From the NCBI GenBank assembly GCA_023150835.1, contig JAKLKB010000084.1, positions 1-42,330 of the forward strand: a stretch of 42,330 nucleotides of DNA, given 5' to 3'. The number at the start of each line of letters is the position of its first letter. The stretch's first letter is position 1. This DNA comes from Myxococcota bacterium. Its GTDB lineage: Bacteria; Myxococcota_C; UBA6777. Below, piece after piece: positions 18,381 to 29,200 of the stretch. The translations under genes and the position numbers were made by a program. The notes beneath the pieces are model-generated. The model worked only from the letters and a program-made list of their open reading frames with translations, searched no databases and was not told the origin of the DNA.

Positions 18381-19694
18381 TTAGCTGCGGCGCAAGAAGG
18401 TGGGGATGTCGATGTCGTTGTCGTCGATGCCGGAGAGGTCGAAGAATTCGCGATCTTTGGCAGCGGGAGGCTTGTTTTGTCGAGGCACAGGCGTTTTCAA
18501 CTCACGCTGGGCTTGGACAGTGGGTGCGGGGGTTTGATGACGCGGGACGGGCGTTTGTGCTGGGTGGCGAAACGCGGGCGTGCTTTGTGGTGGCGTCATG
18601 CTTTGCATGGCAAAGCGGCTGCTCGGAGCGTTGGGGATGCCGGGTTGTGCAAAGCCTTGTGGCGAGCGTCGAGAAGCGGTGCTTTGCGGTGCTTCGTAGA
18701 GCAGATCTTCGGAAGGAGCTTGCGGTTCAAAGCCTGTGGCGATGACTGTGATCTTGATCTCGTTGTTCATCTCGGGATCGAACGCTGCACCGAAGATGAT
18801 GTTGGCGTCTTCATCGGCTTCTTCTTCGATCAAGCTTGCGGCTTCTTGAACTTCGGCAAGCGTCATATCCTCGCTACCAGTCACGTTGATCAAGATGCCC
18901 GTAGCGCCTTTGATCGAGATATCTTCGAGCAAGGGGCTTTCAATGGCTTGGCGTGCTGCGTTGATCGCACGATTTTCGCCCGTAGCGCGGCCCGTTCCCA
19001 TCAAAGCCATGCCCATGTTCGACATAATCGCCCGAACATCGGCAAAGTCCACGTTAATGAAGCCTTTCACCGTGATCAGTTCGGAGACACCGCGAACGGC
19101 GTTTAGCAAGACGCTATCGGCCATATAAAAGGCTTGATGGAGTCCTGTGGTTTCACCGACCACCGAAAGCAGCCGCTGGTTGGGGATCACGATCAACGTG
19201 TCGACTTGCTCTTTCATCGCTTCGATGCCGAGTTCGGCTTGGCGGCGGCGGCGTTTGCCTTCAAAATTGAAGGGGCGCGTAACTACGCCAACGGTCAAAG
19301 CTCCGACAGAACGGGCGATGCGAGCCACTTCTGGGGCGGCTCCTGTACCTGTACCGCCACCCATGCCCGCCGTCACGAAGACCATATCGGCCCCTGCAAG
19401 GGCTTCTGCGATACGGGCCTCATCTTCGAGCGCGGAGTTACGGCCCACTTCAGGGTTTCCACCCGCTCCTAGCCCTTTGGTCAAACGGGGCCCAAGCTGA
19501 ATGCGCGATGCGGATTCGCTTTTGATCAACGCCTGCATATCGGTATTTGCGACGAAATATTCAACGCCTCGAAAATCCGACTTGATCATCGTATTGACGG
19601 CATTTCCTCCGCCTCCCCCTACACCGATCACCTTGATAATCGCAGCGCGTGGTTCTTGCTCAGCCATCGTATTTGTCATCGTCTTGTGCATCAT
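18381..19694 (-). CDS. ftsZ: Cell division protein FtsZ
   Basis: [26 protein letters not shown], tubulin signature [17 protein letters not shown]-rich linker and C-terminal [16 protein letters not shown]. Confidence 0.99.
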   Translation of the reverse strand: MMHKTMTNTMAEQEPRAAIIKVIGVGGGGGNAVNTMIKSDFRGVEYFVANTDMQALIKSESASRIQLGPRLTKGLGAGGNPEVGRNSALEDEARIAEALAGADMVFVTAGMGGGTGTGAAPEVARIARSVGALTVGVVTRPFNFEGKRRRRQAELGIEAMKEQVDTLIVIPNQRLLSVVGETTGLHQAFYMADSVLLNAVRGVSELITVKGFINVDFADVRAIMSNMGMALMGTGRATGENRAINAARQAIESPLLEDISIKGATGILINVTGSEDMTLAEVQEAASLIEEEADEDANIIFGAAFDPEMNNEIKITVIATGFEPQAPSEDLLYEAPQSTASRRSPQGFAQPGIPNAPSSRFAMQSMTPPQSTPAFRHPAQTPVPRHQTPAPTVQAQRELKTPVPRQNKPPAAKDREFFDLSGIDDNDIDIPTFLRRS

Positions 19695-19962
19695 CGAAAA
19701 CCTCCTTGCTTCTTCCTTCCATCCGAAACATACCCAAGCAAACCACGCCCATGATCAAGATCGCAATTTTTCGACACGAAGTTCCTTGAACACATTGGCA
19801 AGATTTTGATTTTGATGCACTTTTTGATTCAAGAAACGCACCGTGCGATCGACGCATAATGATCGCGGCGATCATGCCGAACGCAGCGATGGATATCGCC
19901 GCTCTTTGGTTTGTGTGATCGCGCCAAAGAGCAGCCCACAACGAAAGCAAACAAAGTGCTTG

Positions 19963-20070
19963 TACAAAATCCGCCCACCGTGCGATCGTAAAAATGCAGA
20001 GGAAGCCCCGTGACTGCCCAATCATAGGGCATCTACGTACTCTCCTTTGTGTACCCACTCGGATATCGTA
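19963..20070. mobile_element. Family A MITE copy 4 (degenerate, 108 bp)
   Basis: Ends TACAAAATCCG and CGGATATCGTA; eroded core (GCAGAGGAAGCCCCGTGACTGCCC...GGGCATCTAC). Confidence 0.75.
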
Positions 20071-20110
20071 TGAGGGGAGATCGTGGGGAATAGAGGCGAG
20101 AGGTGGGAGG

Positions 20111-20476
20111 TTATGCGTGGGGCTTGGTGTGGGTGACTTCGACGATGGTTTTGATCCCACCGCGCACATAAAAATCCCCGATGACGGTGATCTTGCGCGG
20201 CGAGACTGCGGCGACGAGATCGTCGAGGATGCGGTTGGTGATCGCTTCGTGAAACGCCCCTTCGTTGCGGTAAGACCAGAGGTACAACTTCAACGACTTG
20301 AGTTCGACACAAAGCTGATCAGGAACGTAATGGATCGAGATCGTCGCAAAGTCGGGCTGCCCTGTTTTGGGGCAAACGCAGGTGAACTCGGGGCACTCAA
20401 AACGGATCGTGTAGTCGCGTTCTGGCTTGGGGTTCGAAAAAGTATCCAAGATCTTGGACGGTTGGGTGGACATCAT
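20111..20476 (-). CDS. queF: preQ1 synthase (NADPH-dependent 7-cyano-7-deazaguanine reductase), short type
   Basis: [32 protein letters not shown]. Start ATG 20476 or 20473 after a GAGG RBS. Confidence 0.96.
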   Translation of the reverse strand: MMSTQPSKILDTFSNPKPERDYTIRFECPEFTCVCPKTGQPDFATISIHYVPDQLCVELKSLKLYLWSYRNEGAFHEAITNRILDDLVAAVSPRKITVIGDFYVRGGIKTIVEVTHTKPHA

Positions 20477-20655
20477 CACCTCGTAACGACAAAATATGCC
20501 GAAGGAACGGAGCATACAACGCTCTCCAAAACAGGCTATTAGCGTATCGCGATACAAAGATCAAGCAAGCGGTTCAACTTGACAGGCCATGAATGCCTGC
20601 TTAAAGAATCACGCTGCCAAAGCAAGCACGAAGCGATTACCCAAAGGAAGCAAAG

Positions 20656-21648
20656 ATGACAGAAAGCCGAACCACACGCGATATCCAAGAACAAATCCGA
20701 GAAAAAAGTGAGTTCGTTCAGCGGCTCCGCCAAGCCATCGGCGAAGTGATCGTCGGTCAACAAGACCTCGTCGAACGCTTGCTTGTGGGTCTCCTTGCCA
20801 ACGGGCATGTCCTCGTCGAAGGTGTCCCCGGACTGGCCAAAACCACCGTTGTCAAGGCCCTTGCGGATGCTCTTGATGCCAGCTTTCAGCGGCTCCAGTT
20901 CACTCCCGATATGCTGCCTTCGGATATCCTTGGAACAGAGATCTACGAACAGCAAAAAGGTACTTTTTCGGTTAAAAAAGGACCGATCTTTGCGAACATC
21001 ATCCTCGCAGACGAGATCAACCGCGCTCCCTCCAAAGTCCAATCCGCCCTGCTCGAAGCCATGCAAGAGCGACAAGTGACGATCGGGCACGAAACCTTTG
21101 CTCTCCCCGCTCCATTTCTTGTGATGGCGACACAAAACCCCATCGAACAAGAAGGCACCTATCCCCTCCCTGAGGCCCAAGTCGACCGCTTTATGCTCAA
21201 GCTCAACGTCACCTACCCCTCCAAAGAGGACGAAAAAGCGATCATGCGGCGGATTGCACGCACCACCCCCAAAGCCACCGGATCCGTCGTACGCCCCGAA
21301 GAGATCCTTGCGGCCCGCGAGCTGCTCAAAGAGATCCGCCTCGAAGATCGTCTCGAAGATTACATCGTCGATCTGATCGTGGCGACCCGTTCGCCCCAAG
21401 AATACGGACTCAACCTTGGGCGTTATATCCAGTACGGCGCTTCGCCGCGTGGAACGATCTTTTTGCACCAAGCCGCCCGTGCGATGGCCTTTTTACGCGG
21501 TCGTGACTACGTCATCCCTCAAGATGTCAAATCGATCGCGCCCGATATCTTGCGCCACCGCCTCTTGCTTTCCTACGAAGCCGAAGCCGAAGACATTAAG
21601 GCTGACGATATCATCCGCGAACTTCTCGAACAGATCGAGGTTCCCTGA
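20656..21648 (+). CDS. moxR: MoxR-family AAA+ ATPase
   Basis: EGVPGLAKT (Walker A), RLQFTPDMLPSD, ADEINRAP, ATQNPIEQEGTYPLPEAQVDRF, YGASPR. Confidence 0.96.
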   Translation: MTESRTTRDIQEQIREKSEFVQRLRQAIGEVIVGQQDLVERLLVGLLANGHVLVEGVPGLAKTTVVKALADALDASFQRLQFTPDMLPSDILGTEIYEQQKGTFSVKKGPIFANIILADEINRAPSKVQSALLEAMQERQVTIGHETFALPAPFLVMATQNPIEQEGTYPLPEAQVDRFMLKLNVTYPSKEDEKAIMRRIARTTPKATGSVVRPEEILAARELLKEIRLEDRLEDYIVDLIVATRSPQEYGLNLGRYIQYGASPRGTIFLHQAARAMAFLRGRDYVIPQDVKSIAPDILRHRLLLSYEAEAEDIKADDIIRELLEQIEVP

Positions 21649-22532
21649 TGCTTTCCGAAGAACTCAAACAACAGATCAAACAGATCCACATCTACACCTC
21701 TTACCTCGTCAATGAGGCGATGGCAGGCGAGTATGCGTCGGCTTTTAAAGGGCGTGGGATGGAGTTTGAAGAGGTGCGCGATTATCGCCCGGGCGATGAT
21801 ATCCGCACGATCGATTGGAAAGTGACGGCCCGAACAGGCGCTGCCTACGTCAAAGAACACCGCGAAGAACGCGAACTCACGATCTTTTTGATGGTCGATA
21901 TGTCAGCGTCAGGTCGGTTTGGTTCGGGAAACAAGCTCAAGACCGAAGTGATGGCGGAGTTGGCGGCTGTGATGGCCTATCTTGCGAGCCGAAACAACGA
22001 CCGTGTCGGCATGATGCTGTTCACCACAGAAGTCGAACGCTTTGTTCCCCCCAAAAAAGGCCGCGCCCATATCTGGCGGCTGATCCAAGAGATCCTCACC
22101 TTTCAACCCAAACACCAAGGCACAGATCTAGGCGGCGCACTCGAATATGCAGGACACCTTCTGCGCAAAAAAACGGTGCTGTTCCTCATATCCGACTTTC
22201 TCGACACACGCTACGAACACGCCCTCTCTCTTGCAAGCAAGCGCCACGATATCACCGCGTTGCACGTCAGCGATCCCCGAGAGAGCGAACTGCCCAACAT
22301 CGGGCTACTTGAACTCGAAGACGCAGAAACAGGAGAAGTGATGCTTGTGGATACTGCGGATGCTCGGGTTCGTGCGTATTTTCGGGATCAAGCCAACACA
22401 CAACGCCAACACACCCAAGCGATCTTACGGCGGTTGGGCGTCGACGAAGTCCCTATCGAGACCACGCAATCTTTTGTCTTGCCGTTGATGCGGTACTTAC
22501 GACAACGCGAGCGTCGACGTGCGCGCAGTTAG
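21648..22532 (+). CDS. DUF58 family protein (vWA-like, MoxR-associated)
   Basis: GMEFEEVRDYRPGDDIRTIDWKVTAR, EERE, DMSAS, ISDF; TGATG overlap with moxR. Confidence 0.93.
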   Translation: MLSEELKQQIKQIHIYTSYLVNEAMAGEYASAFKGRGMEFEEVRDYRPGDDIRTIDWKVTARTGAAYVKEHREERELTIFLMVDMSASGRFGSGNKLKTEVMAELAAVMAYLASRNNDRVGMMLFTTEVERFVPPKKGRAHIWRLIQEILTFQPKHQGTDLGGALEYAGHLLRKKTVLFLISDFLDTRYEHALSLASKRHDITALHVSDPRESELPNIGLLELEDAETGEVMLVDTADARVRAYFRDQANTQRQHTQAILRRLGVDEVPIETTQSFVLPLMRYLRQRERRRARS

Positions 22533-22594
22533 TCAGATCGCGCAGATCTTCATTCGGTAGGCGTAACGCAGTTGCAAACGGAGCGAGAATCGCG

Positions 22595-23779
22595 ATGTGG
22601 ATCACCCTGTTTTATTTGCTTTTTGTCTCGCTTTTGGGCGTCTCGTTTGGCGCGATCTTCGCGTGGTGGGCGGGTGGACTTTTTGCGTCTGTGGCGCTGC
22701 TCTTGGCGCTTCCGCTCGAACGGGCCTTGCGGATCTCTTTGCGCATCGGAAGGCTGCCCATCGCTGCGCTGATCCCGATGGTTTGGCTTGGCCTTGTGAT
22801 CGGAACGGGCCTCTACGAAGCCCAAGAGGCCCAAGTGACGGCCCGCCAACGCACAGAAGTTCCCTTGCGCGCCCCCCTCGAAGCCTCGGCTTGGGTCGAT
22901 CGCACCACGCTTCGCGTGGAAAAAGACACCTTGCGTTACACCGTCTCAATACGCCACGCCAAAACACTCAAACCGCGCCTGCCCAAGATCACCGAACATC
23001 CGACCTTTCACGGCCCTTTTTTGATGCCCGCCGAACATCCACCAAAGAGCACACAAACTCCTGAATCTGACGGCACGATCACGCACCGTTGGATCGTTAC
23101 GCTGATGGCTGTTGCAACAGGACCGCTCGATACACCCCGATTCACCGTCCATTACAACCACAACGGCAAACCCCATGAAGTGATCATCCCCTCGATCGCC
23201 ATCGAAGTCACCGAGCTTGAAAAGCCCAACGTTCTGCTCGCGGGTTTACGCCCAGCCAAGCCCCCGACTCTCCCCGAAAAGCCCGACACCCAAGTCTCTT
23301 GGACATGGCTGGGCGGAACGGGCGGTGGATTGCTTGCGCTGTTGCTTTTGGGCCTGTGGTTTCGCCAACGCAGCCTTCGCCCTGAACCGCCCCGCCCACC
23401 GCACGAATGGTTTGCTCAGGCTTTTCAATCCCTCCAAACCCAACAACTTCTCGAACAAGGAAAAGAAAAAGCCTATTACTTCGCACTTTCCGAGCTTTTT
23501 CGTGGATACATCGAGCGCCGTTTCGACTTTCCCGCCCTCGAAAGCACCACCGAAGAGATCGTCTTGTGGGGCAAGGCCAACGATGCCCTTTCCCAAGAAA
23601 CCTACAAAGATATCCGACGCCTTTTGCAATGGATGGATCAGATCAAGTTTGCAGGTGCCACCGCTTCGCCCGAAGAACGCGAAGACATGGATCACCGTAT
23701 GCACAGCGTCATCCGCCGAACTCTCCCAAGCCCCGAAACTACGGCTCCTTCCACCACTCCCTCTCGTGCGGATGCTTAA
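22595..23779 (+). CDS. Membrane protein with BatD-like Ig domain and DUF4381-like C-terminal helical region
   Basis: N-terminal TM helices, beta-rich domain (ATGPLDTPRFTVHY), TM, then LSELFRGYIERRF..ALESTTEE..DQIKFA; occupies the usual position between DUF58 and batA. Confidence 0.75.
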   Translation: MWITLFYLLFVSLLGVSFGAIFAWWAGGLFASVALLLALPLERALRISLRIGRLPIAALIPMVWLGLVIGTGLYEAQEAQVTARQRTEVPLRAPLEASAWVDRTTLRVEKDTLRYTVSIRHAKTLKPRLPKITEHPTFHGPFLMPAEHPPKSTQTPESDGTITHRWIVTLMAVATGPLDTPRFTVHYNHNGKPHEVIIPSIAIEVTELEKPNVLLAGLRPAKPPTLPEKPDTQVSWTWLGGTGGGLLALLLLGLWFRQRSLRPEPPRPPHEWFAQAFQSLQTQQLLEQGKEKAYYFALSELFRGYIERRFDFPALESTTEEIVLWGKANDALSQETYKDIRRLLQWMDQIKFAGATASPEEREDMDHRMHSVIRRTLPSPETTAPSTTPSRADA

Positions 23780-23794
23780 CGCGGAGATTTTGTT

Positions 23795-25057
23795 TTGATG
23801 AACGGCTTTCGATTTGCTTACCCTTGGATCTTTGCACTTCTCCCGATCTGGCTGATGCTGTTGTGGTGGATACATCGCCAACATCGCAAACGTGTAAGCC
23901 TACGCTTTTCTTCTCTGCACGCCCTCCAAGGCGCCCCCGTCGGGCTACGCGCTCGACTGGCTCGCATCCTCCCCACAACGTTGCGTGGAATGGCCCTTCT
24001 ACTCGGCTTGATCGCGTTGGCCCGTCCCCAAAGCGTGGTGCGCAAACAATGGTTTGAATCCACAGGTGTCGATATCGTTCTATCGCTCGATACTTCGGGC
24101 AGTATGAAGATCATCGATATGGATACACGCGGCGGACTCGTCCAAGATCTTCACCGACAACTCACCAACCAAGGTGTCCTCGACTTTGGTACGGCACGCG
24201 CCGATGCGATGGATCGCCTTGATGTGGTCAAAACGGTCGCCCAAGAATTCATCCGAAAACGCAAAGGTGATCGCCTCTCCCTTGTGATCTTTGGAACCGA
24301 AGCCCGCACTCTTTGTCCCCTTACACACGATCTCAGCGCAGCCTCCAGCCTTTTAACGGATATCCAGATCGGCATCGTTGGCGAGATGACCGACCTCCAA
24401 AAAGGCATCGAGTTTGGACTCAAGCGCCTCGTCGGTCTGACGGTTGAAGATGTCCTAGAGATGGCCAAAACCCGCTCAAAAGACTACATCCTCGAACAGA
24501 TCCGCACCCGCAAAGCCTCCTTCCTTTTTGATGCCAAAACCGAAGCCCTACTCCAACAAGCCAAGCTCGACAAAACCGTCCTTGATGCGATGCGCGCCCG
24601 CAAACCCCGCTCTCAGATCCTTATCCTACTCACCGACGGAAAGCACACCGCCAAAGAAGGCTCCGAAGGCCGCGAAGATGTCTTGCGCGCCGCCCGCGAA
24701 GCCGCCCTCTACAAGGTCAAGATCTACACCATCGGTATCGGTAGCAAACAAGCCTACACCTTCTTGCGCATCAAACGCAGCGGACGCGACAACGTCGTCC
24801 GCTTTCCGAGCGACTCCTACGACGAGGACTTGATGCAAGAGATCGCCAAGCTCACAGGCGGACGCTTCTTTGCCGCGCAAGATCGCAACGCACTCCAACA
24901 GGTGTACAACGATATCAACAAGCTCGAACCCAACCGCTTTAAGGTCCATCAATGGGACGAAACCCAAGAACGCTATCTGTGGTTTCTTCTGCCCTTGCTC
25001 GGCCTGCTCGCTCTCGAACTCCTGCTCGGCGCAACGCTGCTGCGACGTATCCCTTAA
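23795..25057 (+). CDS. batA: BatA-like vWA domain membrane protein
   Basis: FRFAYPW..LLP N-terminus, ALARPQ, MIDAS DTSGS, LLTDG, KIYTIGIG, IAKLTGGRFF, INKLEP, C-terminal TM. Confidence 0.88.
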   Translation: MMNGFRFAYPWIFALLPIWLMLLWWIHRQHRKRVSLRFSSLHALQGAPVGLRARLARILPTTLRGMALLLGLIALARPQSVVRKQWFESTGVDIVLSLDTSGSMKIIDMDTRGGLVQDLHRQLTNQGVLDFGTARADAMDRLDVVKTVAQEFIRKRKGDRLSLVIFGTEARTLCPLTHDLSAASSLLTDIQIGIVGEMTDLQKGIEFGLKRLVGLTVEDVLEMAKTRSKDYILEQIRTRKASFLFDAKTEALLQQAKLDKTVLDAMRARKPRSQILILLTDGKHTAKEGSEGREDVLRAAREAALYKVKIYTIGIGSKQAYTFLRIKRSGRDNVVRFPSDSYDEDLMQEIAKLTGGRFFAAQDRNALQQVYNDINKLEPNRFKVHQWDETQERYLWFLLPLLGLLALELLLGATLLRRIP

Positions 25058-25075
25058 AGCGGAAAGGATGCCCTG

Positions 25076-26257
25076 ATGACGCAACACAAACTCCATCACA
25101 CACCCACAAAACCTCCGACATCGCCCGTCCTTGCGCCCTCTGCAACGTGGGTGATGATCGGTGTTTTGTTTGCCTTGCTTTGTCCGCTCAGTTTGCTGCT
25201 CGACTTCCATACACAGGTCGCCCGTTTTCTGTTGCCAGAGATCCATCTTGCCCGCGCTTGGGTGCTTGCGCTGCTTTGGTTGCTCCCTGCCATCGGCCTG
25301 TTTTTGCAGCAAGCCCGCCGCGCACGTATGCAGCGCCTCTCTCAAATGGCGAGTCCGCTCACTCTCCAAAGTCTGCTTCGCCATTACAGCCCCGGGCGCA
25401 TCCGCTTGAAGGGATGGCTACTTGCGATGGGTTCGGCCTTCTTCCTCATCGCATGGGCAGGCCCACAATGGGGAACCCGCGTCCGACTGATCCAACGCAA
25501 AGGGATCGATGTCGTCGTTGCCATCGACGTTTCCGAAAGTATGCTTGCTCGCGATATCCCCTCTGCCACAGGACAGCGCAAACAGCGCCGTCTCGATCTC
25601 GCCCGTCGCAAGGTCCGCTACCTGATGGATGCCCTCGCGGGCGAACGCATCGGCATCGTCGCCTTTTCTGGAAAACCCGTCACACTTTGCCCGCTCACCA
25701 GCGATTACAACACCTGCGCACTTTGGCTCGACGACTTTGACCCCAGCCTGATCCCCTACAGCGGAACCGCCCTCGCAAGCAGCCTCCAGCACGCCATCCC
25801 CATGTTTGCCACCAGCGGCATGAATTCCCGCGCCCTCTTCTTGATCACCGACGGCGATGATCACGAAAAAAATACCCTACAAGCCGCCAAAGAAGCCAAA
25901 AAGCAAGGCATCCGCATCTACGCCCTTGGCATCGGCTCCACCGAAGAAGTGACACTCGACCCCCGCGACCTTCCCCCACCTCCCGCAGGTCAAGCCCCCG
26001 ATCCGCGCCCGATCGTCACCCGACTCAACGAAAAACTCTTGCAGCAGATCGCCCAAGAAACCACCGGCCTATACCGGCACGCCGAGGCCAGCCAACGCGA
26101 TATCCGCCAACTGTTCGAACACGCCACCCAAACCCTCGAAGCCCGCACACAAAAAAGCCGCCGCCAAGTCTTTCGCGAAGAACGTTTCCCTCTTTTTCTC
26201 GGCTTGGGACTGCTTTTGCTCCTCGTCGACATCAGTCTGCGCGAACGGAGAAGTTAA
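25076..26257 (+). CDS. batB: BatB-like vWA domain membrane protein
   Basis: AGPQWG, GIDVVVAIDVSESM, CPLTSDY, ITDGDDHE, IYALGIG, TRLNEKLLQQIA, C-terminal TM. Confidence 0.88.
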   Translation: MTQHKLHHTPTKPPTSPVLAPSATWVMIGVLFALLCPLSLLLDFHTQVARFLLPEIHLARAWVLALLWLLPAIGLFLQQARRARMQRLSQMASPLTLQSLLRHYSPGRIRLKGWLLAMGSAFFLIAWAGPQWGTRVRLIQRKGIDVVVAIDVSESMLARDIPSATGQRKQRRLDLARRKVRYLMDALAGERIGIVAFSGKPVTLCPLTSDYNTCALWLDDFDPSLIPYSGTALASSLQHAIPMFATSGMNSRALFLITDGDDHEKNTLQAAKEAKKQGIRIYALGIGSTEEVTLDPRDLPPPPAGQAPDPRPIVTRLNEKLLQQIAQETTGLYRHAEASQRDIRQLFEHATQTLEARTQKSRRQVFREERFPLFLGLGLLLLLVDISLRERRS

Positions 26258-26259
26258 CC

Positions 26260-29200
26260 ATGCCTTCGATCCAACCCCGCCCCATCGCTCTTTTGACGCG
26301 CACTCTCCGCCTATTTCGCTCTGCACCTCTTTTGACGCGCACTCTCCGCCTGTGCGAAACCACCCTACCGCCCCAACCACCGAACAAACAACGACTTTTC
26401 ACGTACACGCTCCGCCTGTGTGGGTTGCTTTCGGCGTTGTTCTTTCTTCCTGCTTGTGAGCAGTTTCCTTGGACCCAACAAAATCAACAAAACGAGCGTT
26501 TCTTGCGCCATCAAGAAGGGCTTCAATCTTACAAAGAAGGCCGATTTATCGAGGCACAACGCCTCTTTCTCGATCTTCAAAGCAAACAACCCGAAAGCCG
26601 CTTGCTGATGTTCAACCTTGGTGCGGTGTACTTGCAGATCGCCAAGCAAGAGAAAAAAGCCGAAGCACGCCAGCCTTTGCTCGAAAAATCCGAAAAAATG
26701 CTCAAGGCGGCCCTCGATAAAAGCAGCGCAGATATCCGTCAAAAAGCACACTACAACCTCGGCCTGCTCTACACAGAAAAGAAACAATACGAAGAAGCCC
26801 TCTTCCATTTTTCAAGCGCCAACCAACTCGCACGCAAGATCCTCAAACAACCCGATGCAGACGCCGAAAAAAATCAAGAGATCCTATCGATGTTGCTCCG
26901 GCAGCGCAAACGCGAACAACAAAAACTCAGCAGCAGCCGCGTCTTCCGCTATGAAGAAAAAGTCTTCACCTTGCGCGCCAAGCAACCCACCACCGATCCA
27001 CATCTCCACATCGCACTCCAAGGCGTATTCGTCCACGAAACCACCCAAACACGCGTGATCCTTTCGGGCTATCCGACTTCTGAACAACAATGGCAACTGC
27101 GCTTTGTTCCCGTCCATTCGGGCAAATGGCGCTACACCATCCAAACCATCCAACAAAAACGTCCCGATGGTTCGACCACACGCCTCGACACCTCGCTCCA
27201 CGATCAAGGTCTCTTTCAAGTCTTGCCTTCTGCTCGACCCGGCCAACTGATCGTCGCCACCGACAACCCCGCACGTTTCGCATGGAAAAAGCCCGAAGAA
27301 GCCAAAGATCTCACCAAAAAGAAAAAAACCGCCCCCTCCACCAACAACCCCAACCCCTCGGCCTCTCCAAACAGCCCCAAACCACCAACACCGAACAAAG
27401 ACGCCGCTTCGGGCAAAGAGGCGGACAAAAAACAGCCGCAGATCGCCAAAGATGAGCGCATCCTTGTCTGGCGTGGCCTTGCGGTGGAAAACTTGTTCTC
27501 TCCGACACTTCAAGACAAAGACTTTGACGCACACCTGCGACTCTTTGAAGCCCTTCAACTCAACGGCATCTTACTTTCCATCGATATCGACAACCTTTTT
27601 GTCGTCTCCCAAGGACAAGTACGCCCCGAGCAAGCCGCTTGGCAACGTTTGCAAAAGCGCCTTACCGAGATGCAAAAAAATCCCATCCACACATGGGCTT
27701 TTGTCTTCAATCTCCGCACACGTCACGCCCATTCCTCCGCGATCTGGAGCGCGATCTTGTCGCACACCCACGCTCGCCTCGCCCACACCCACGCCATCTG
27801 GTCCTTGCGCGATCTGCCGCCCTCCCTCCAAACGCAAACCCACGCATGGCTCGTCACCCACGATCCCTACGCCCAGCCCATCGCATGGCCGCGCTTTCCC
27901 AAAGAACTCCTCTCCAAACTGATCGCGCTCCATACTCCCAAAGCCCCCACCACTCGGACTTCTCCACAACCCAACCGCACCACCTCCCCCCTCACCCAAC
28001 CTTCCCCACAGCCCAACAGCACCAAAGATCCGAAATCACCGACCCAACCACGCCTTCGCGATGTCCTCCACACCCACGAACAAGGCGAGATGGCGATGAT
28101 GATGCGCCCACAAGTGATGACGCCTTGGCTCGCCGAACTCCCCATCCACGAAAAACTCGATCCCAAGGCATTTTTGCAGACGTGGTGGCGCCGTTATCTC
28201 ACAGGCATCCACATCACCCTGCGCTTTCCTCGCCCCCTTCACAAAAACGAGATCGACACCCTCCACACGTGGCTCCAAAAAGCCGCCACCCAAGAAGAAC
28301 TCCCCCCTCATCCCGATGCCTCCACAGCATCCGCCACTTCCAAGCCTACGGCCCAAGCCTCCACAGCATCCGCCACTTCCAAGCCTACGGCCCAAGCCTC
28401 CACAGCATCCGCCACTTCCAAGCCTACGGCTCAAGCCTCTACAGCATCCGCCGCTTCCAAGCCTACGGCTCAAGCCTCTACAGCATCCGCCACTTCCAAG
28501 CCCGTCTCTCAGCCTGTTTTCGCCAAAGGCGATCTCTCAAGGCCCTTCCTCCATGCACACCTCTTGCGGATGCGATGGGAGCGATTTCTTGCCACCATCG
28601 ACCTCCACGAGTATCTGCGCCCCGACCCGATCTCGGTGCGTGTCCCCGATTATGCGGCTTTGGCGAAGCGCCCTCCCCAGCAGATCAACGCCTCATCGAT
28701 CCCTTGGCGCACCGTCCCGATGTACGGTTATGTCGCCACCAACGGACTGACCACGTTGTATATGCCCCCTCCCCAACGCACCGAAAAACCGCCCAAGATC
28801 CAATGGAAACAATACAAACTCGACCTCGACTTTGTTTGGTACAACGCCCAAACAGGAAAGTTTTTGGAGACCCAAAAACTTCGCCAAGTGACGGGGCTTG
28901 AGATCACCCACCCCAAAGAAGAAGCGCACATCGCCAAAGTGATGATCGCCGATCATCCCGCACACACCGCATACACCGTCCATCTTCCGCACAAACCGCT
29001 GCACCTCGAATCGCCCACCCCGCTGCATCTCCAAGCATGGGAGATCGTGATCACTCCACCCAAGCGACCGGCCTTTCGCGTTCCCTTCTTGCGGACTTCT
29101 CACGGTTGGGAAGCGCGCTTTCGCCCTGATCAACCCGGATTATGGACGTTTCAGATCCATCACCAAAACAAACCACCCCAAGGCGATCTCGGCCTGATCA

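Noticed and set aside
19660-20169. 169-aa ORF between queF and ftsZ
   Set aside because: Runs through a MITE copy, overlaps both neighbours and has no family features.
20477-20655. preQ1 riboswitch upstream of queF
   Set aside because: No recognisable preQ1 stem with A-rich tail on the minus strand; the gap looks like a divergent promoter region. An Rfam scan would settle it.
20539-21471. 310-aa minus-strand ORF
   Set aside because: Antisense shadow of the well-conserved moxR gene with no motif of its own.
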